Shown here: in pieces, positions 47,364 through 48,984 of the stretch
Layout of the letters: every line of letters starts with the position of its first letter
Position numbering within the stretch: the first letter of the stretch is position 1
Assembly: GCA_910592345.1 (NCBI GenBank)
Contig: CAJVPI010000147.1
Location: 1-48,984 of the forward strand
Direction: 5' to 3'
DNA: 48,984 nucleotides
Source of the DNA: Paraglomus brasilianum
Taxonomy: Eukaryota
Translations under genes and position numbers: made by a program
Notes under the pieces: model-generated
What the model was told of the DNA's origin: nothing
What the model saw: the letters and a program-made list of their open reading frames with translations, nothing else
Databases searched by the model: none

Positions 47364-48818
47364 TTAAACATTTGAAGGCGGAATATATGGACATGTAGGC
47401 CTCCCATCCAATTGGTTGATTACAGTGAAAATGCATATGTTGTCAATGTTATCTCCCAAGTCTTGAACCCGATCTTCAATTACTATTAAATATGTAGATA
47501 ATTCCTTCACACAAATCTTTAAAGCTTGCAGTGTACATGCAGTATCTGAAGCAATTTGGTCATTATAGCTTGCAGCATCAAATGGAATAATAATGAACTT
47601 GTCAACACAGTAGACATCTGAGAAGACTGCACCACAAATTGTCAAGTTAACTCCTGAATATGTAATATAAAAGTCAGCTTAATAAAAAGAAAACTGACAA
47701 GTGTGAACATATAAAGAAAATATACAAACCTTCTAGAATCAATAGGGAGGATGGAAAACATGTCTTAGTCTGTGAAATGATCTTATCCCGATTTTGATGA
47801 ACCAATTCATTGGTTGTAGTAGCTGTACTCTGATGATAGGCCCTGCATGTTGTGCCATAGTCTGTTTTCACTTCTGTGTTTACAAGAAGAAAACATTGTT
47901 GATTGTAACAGCCAAAATGTGTGCCATCTGACTCTATCTTAGGTGTTTTGTAAATGTAACTTTCTAGGTCATTATAGGTGAGCCAATTCCGAAAAATCTG
48001 TGCATGCTTTTCTTCATCTTTTAAAGGTGTCGAGAGTGATGAAGCAAGTTCTAGGATATTCTTCTTCTCTTCTGTAATGCCATAGTCATCCTGGTTTCTC
48101 CATAGTTCCAGAAAGTTGGCAAACACTTTGTGGTAAAATTGAACAGGTATATCTGTGCAACTGTCAGGCTGGTGGTGGCATATATTTACATCACTTTCAG
48201 GCTTCTTGCCATATTTGCTTGGTGAGTGAATTTGTGCAGCTGCACAAAGTGCTTTGCATTGAGAATCACATACTGGAGATGGGGGAGAATGAGATCAGTG
48301 TGAGAATAAGATATTCATATACTGTGAGTGAACAATGTACTGTATCAAGGATGTTTTCTGAGAAATTTCACTGAAGTCTACTGCAATCGATGGAACTGTA
48401 TCGTAAGAATAAATCAGATATGAAAGATATGAAAAGGTTAATAATAGGTCGATTTAGTTTCTGGCAAATGGTAGCAGTTTTATCAATACAAGGTCTCTTC
48501 AATGCTCACTCGCTCTCTGAATGCAATAACGGAACAAAAATTAAAATTATACGAAGCTCACTCCATAACTAAATTTACAACCCTGTACACACTACTCTAT
48601 GTCCCCAACGCCCGAGTCACAAAGTCGTTACCTCTTTTCGACTCTTCCAACAGAAAATTTTTTTCTTTTCGTAGTTCAGCGAGGTTAGCATAGAGAGAGG
48701 GAAGGGCGGGGAGGAGTGTCACCCGCTCTGAGTTATCAGCGGGAAGACCGTTAATGCGGTCTATCTCTCCCTCGGTCTTCGTAATTTTTTGTCGCACGGA
48801 TTCGAGTTGGTCGTTCAT
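47364..48818 (-). pseudogene. Crinkler-like gene (helical N-terminal header + PD-(D/E)xK REase-like domain), probably decaying
   Basis: Exon 48818-48632 encodes a coiled header (LAELRKEKNFL) ending at a GT donor. Downstream exons give IPVQFYHKVFANFL..ESDG..VNTEVKTD.G..AYHQ..CFPSSLLILEG|VNLTICGAVF..TLQALKICVKELSTY, the D..ExK..Q pattern of fungal CR-REase proteins. It is truncated at 47364 with no following kinase. Confidence 0.55.
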
Positions 48819-48984
48819 TGTATAAGACGTTCGTCGATATCCATCATGCTGTATCCATCATGCTTTATCGTGCTCTGGTGCTTTTAACATTATTTATATT
48901 TTCAAGAGCGCGCATTCAATAATCGAAATAATAAAATTTATGCTTACAAAAAATTGAATTATTTTTATATGTTTGACTTTTTGA

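Overview
AT-rich, intron-containing fungal genomic DNA. The gene families point to Mucoromycota (Glomeromycotina/Endogonales-like); this is an inference. I reconstructed seven intact spliced genes by hand: a Nrd1/Seb1-type CID-RRM termination factor (+), a single-pass membrane protein with PPxY/PTAP motifs (+), the RRP3/DDX47 DEAD-box helicase (-), a multi-module tyrosine-kinase-like (TKL) kinase (+), a velvet-domain factor (+), a LIM-domain-binding (LDB/Mfg1/Adn1/SEUSS-like) co-regulator (-) and SHY1/SURF1 (-). Between them lie a truncated TKL paralog at the left edge, two TKL pseudogenes, decayed Tc1, pogo and Sola-like transposases, a MITE-like inverted repeat, and a CpG-depleted Crinkler-like REase locus. 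The most striking unexplained signals are RNA-level. Nrd1/Seb1 intron 1 contains a candidate H/ACA guide RNA whose pocket fits U2 snRNA. Intron 5 has six nested long-range helices that loop out polyadenylation-like signals. A GC-rich multi-hairpin intergenic element at about 37.3-37.6 kb looks like an unidentified ncRNA. All structures and alignments were read by eye; no folding or database search was run.
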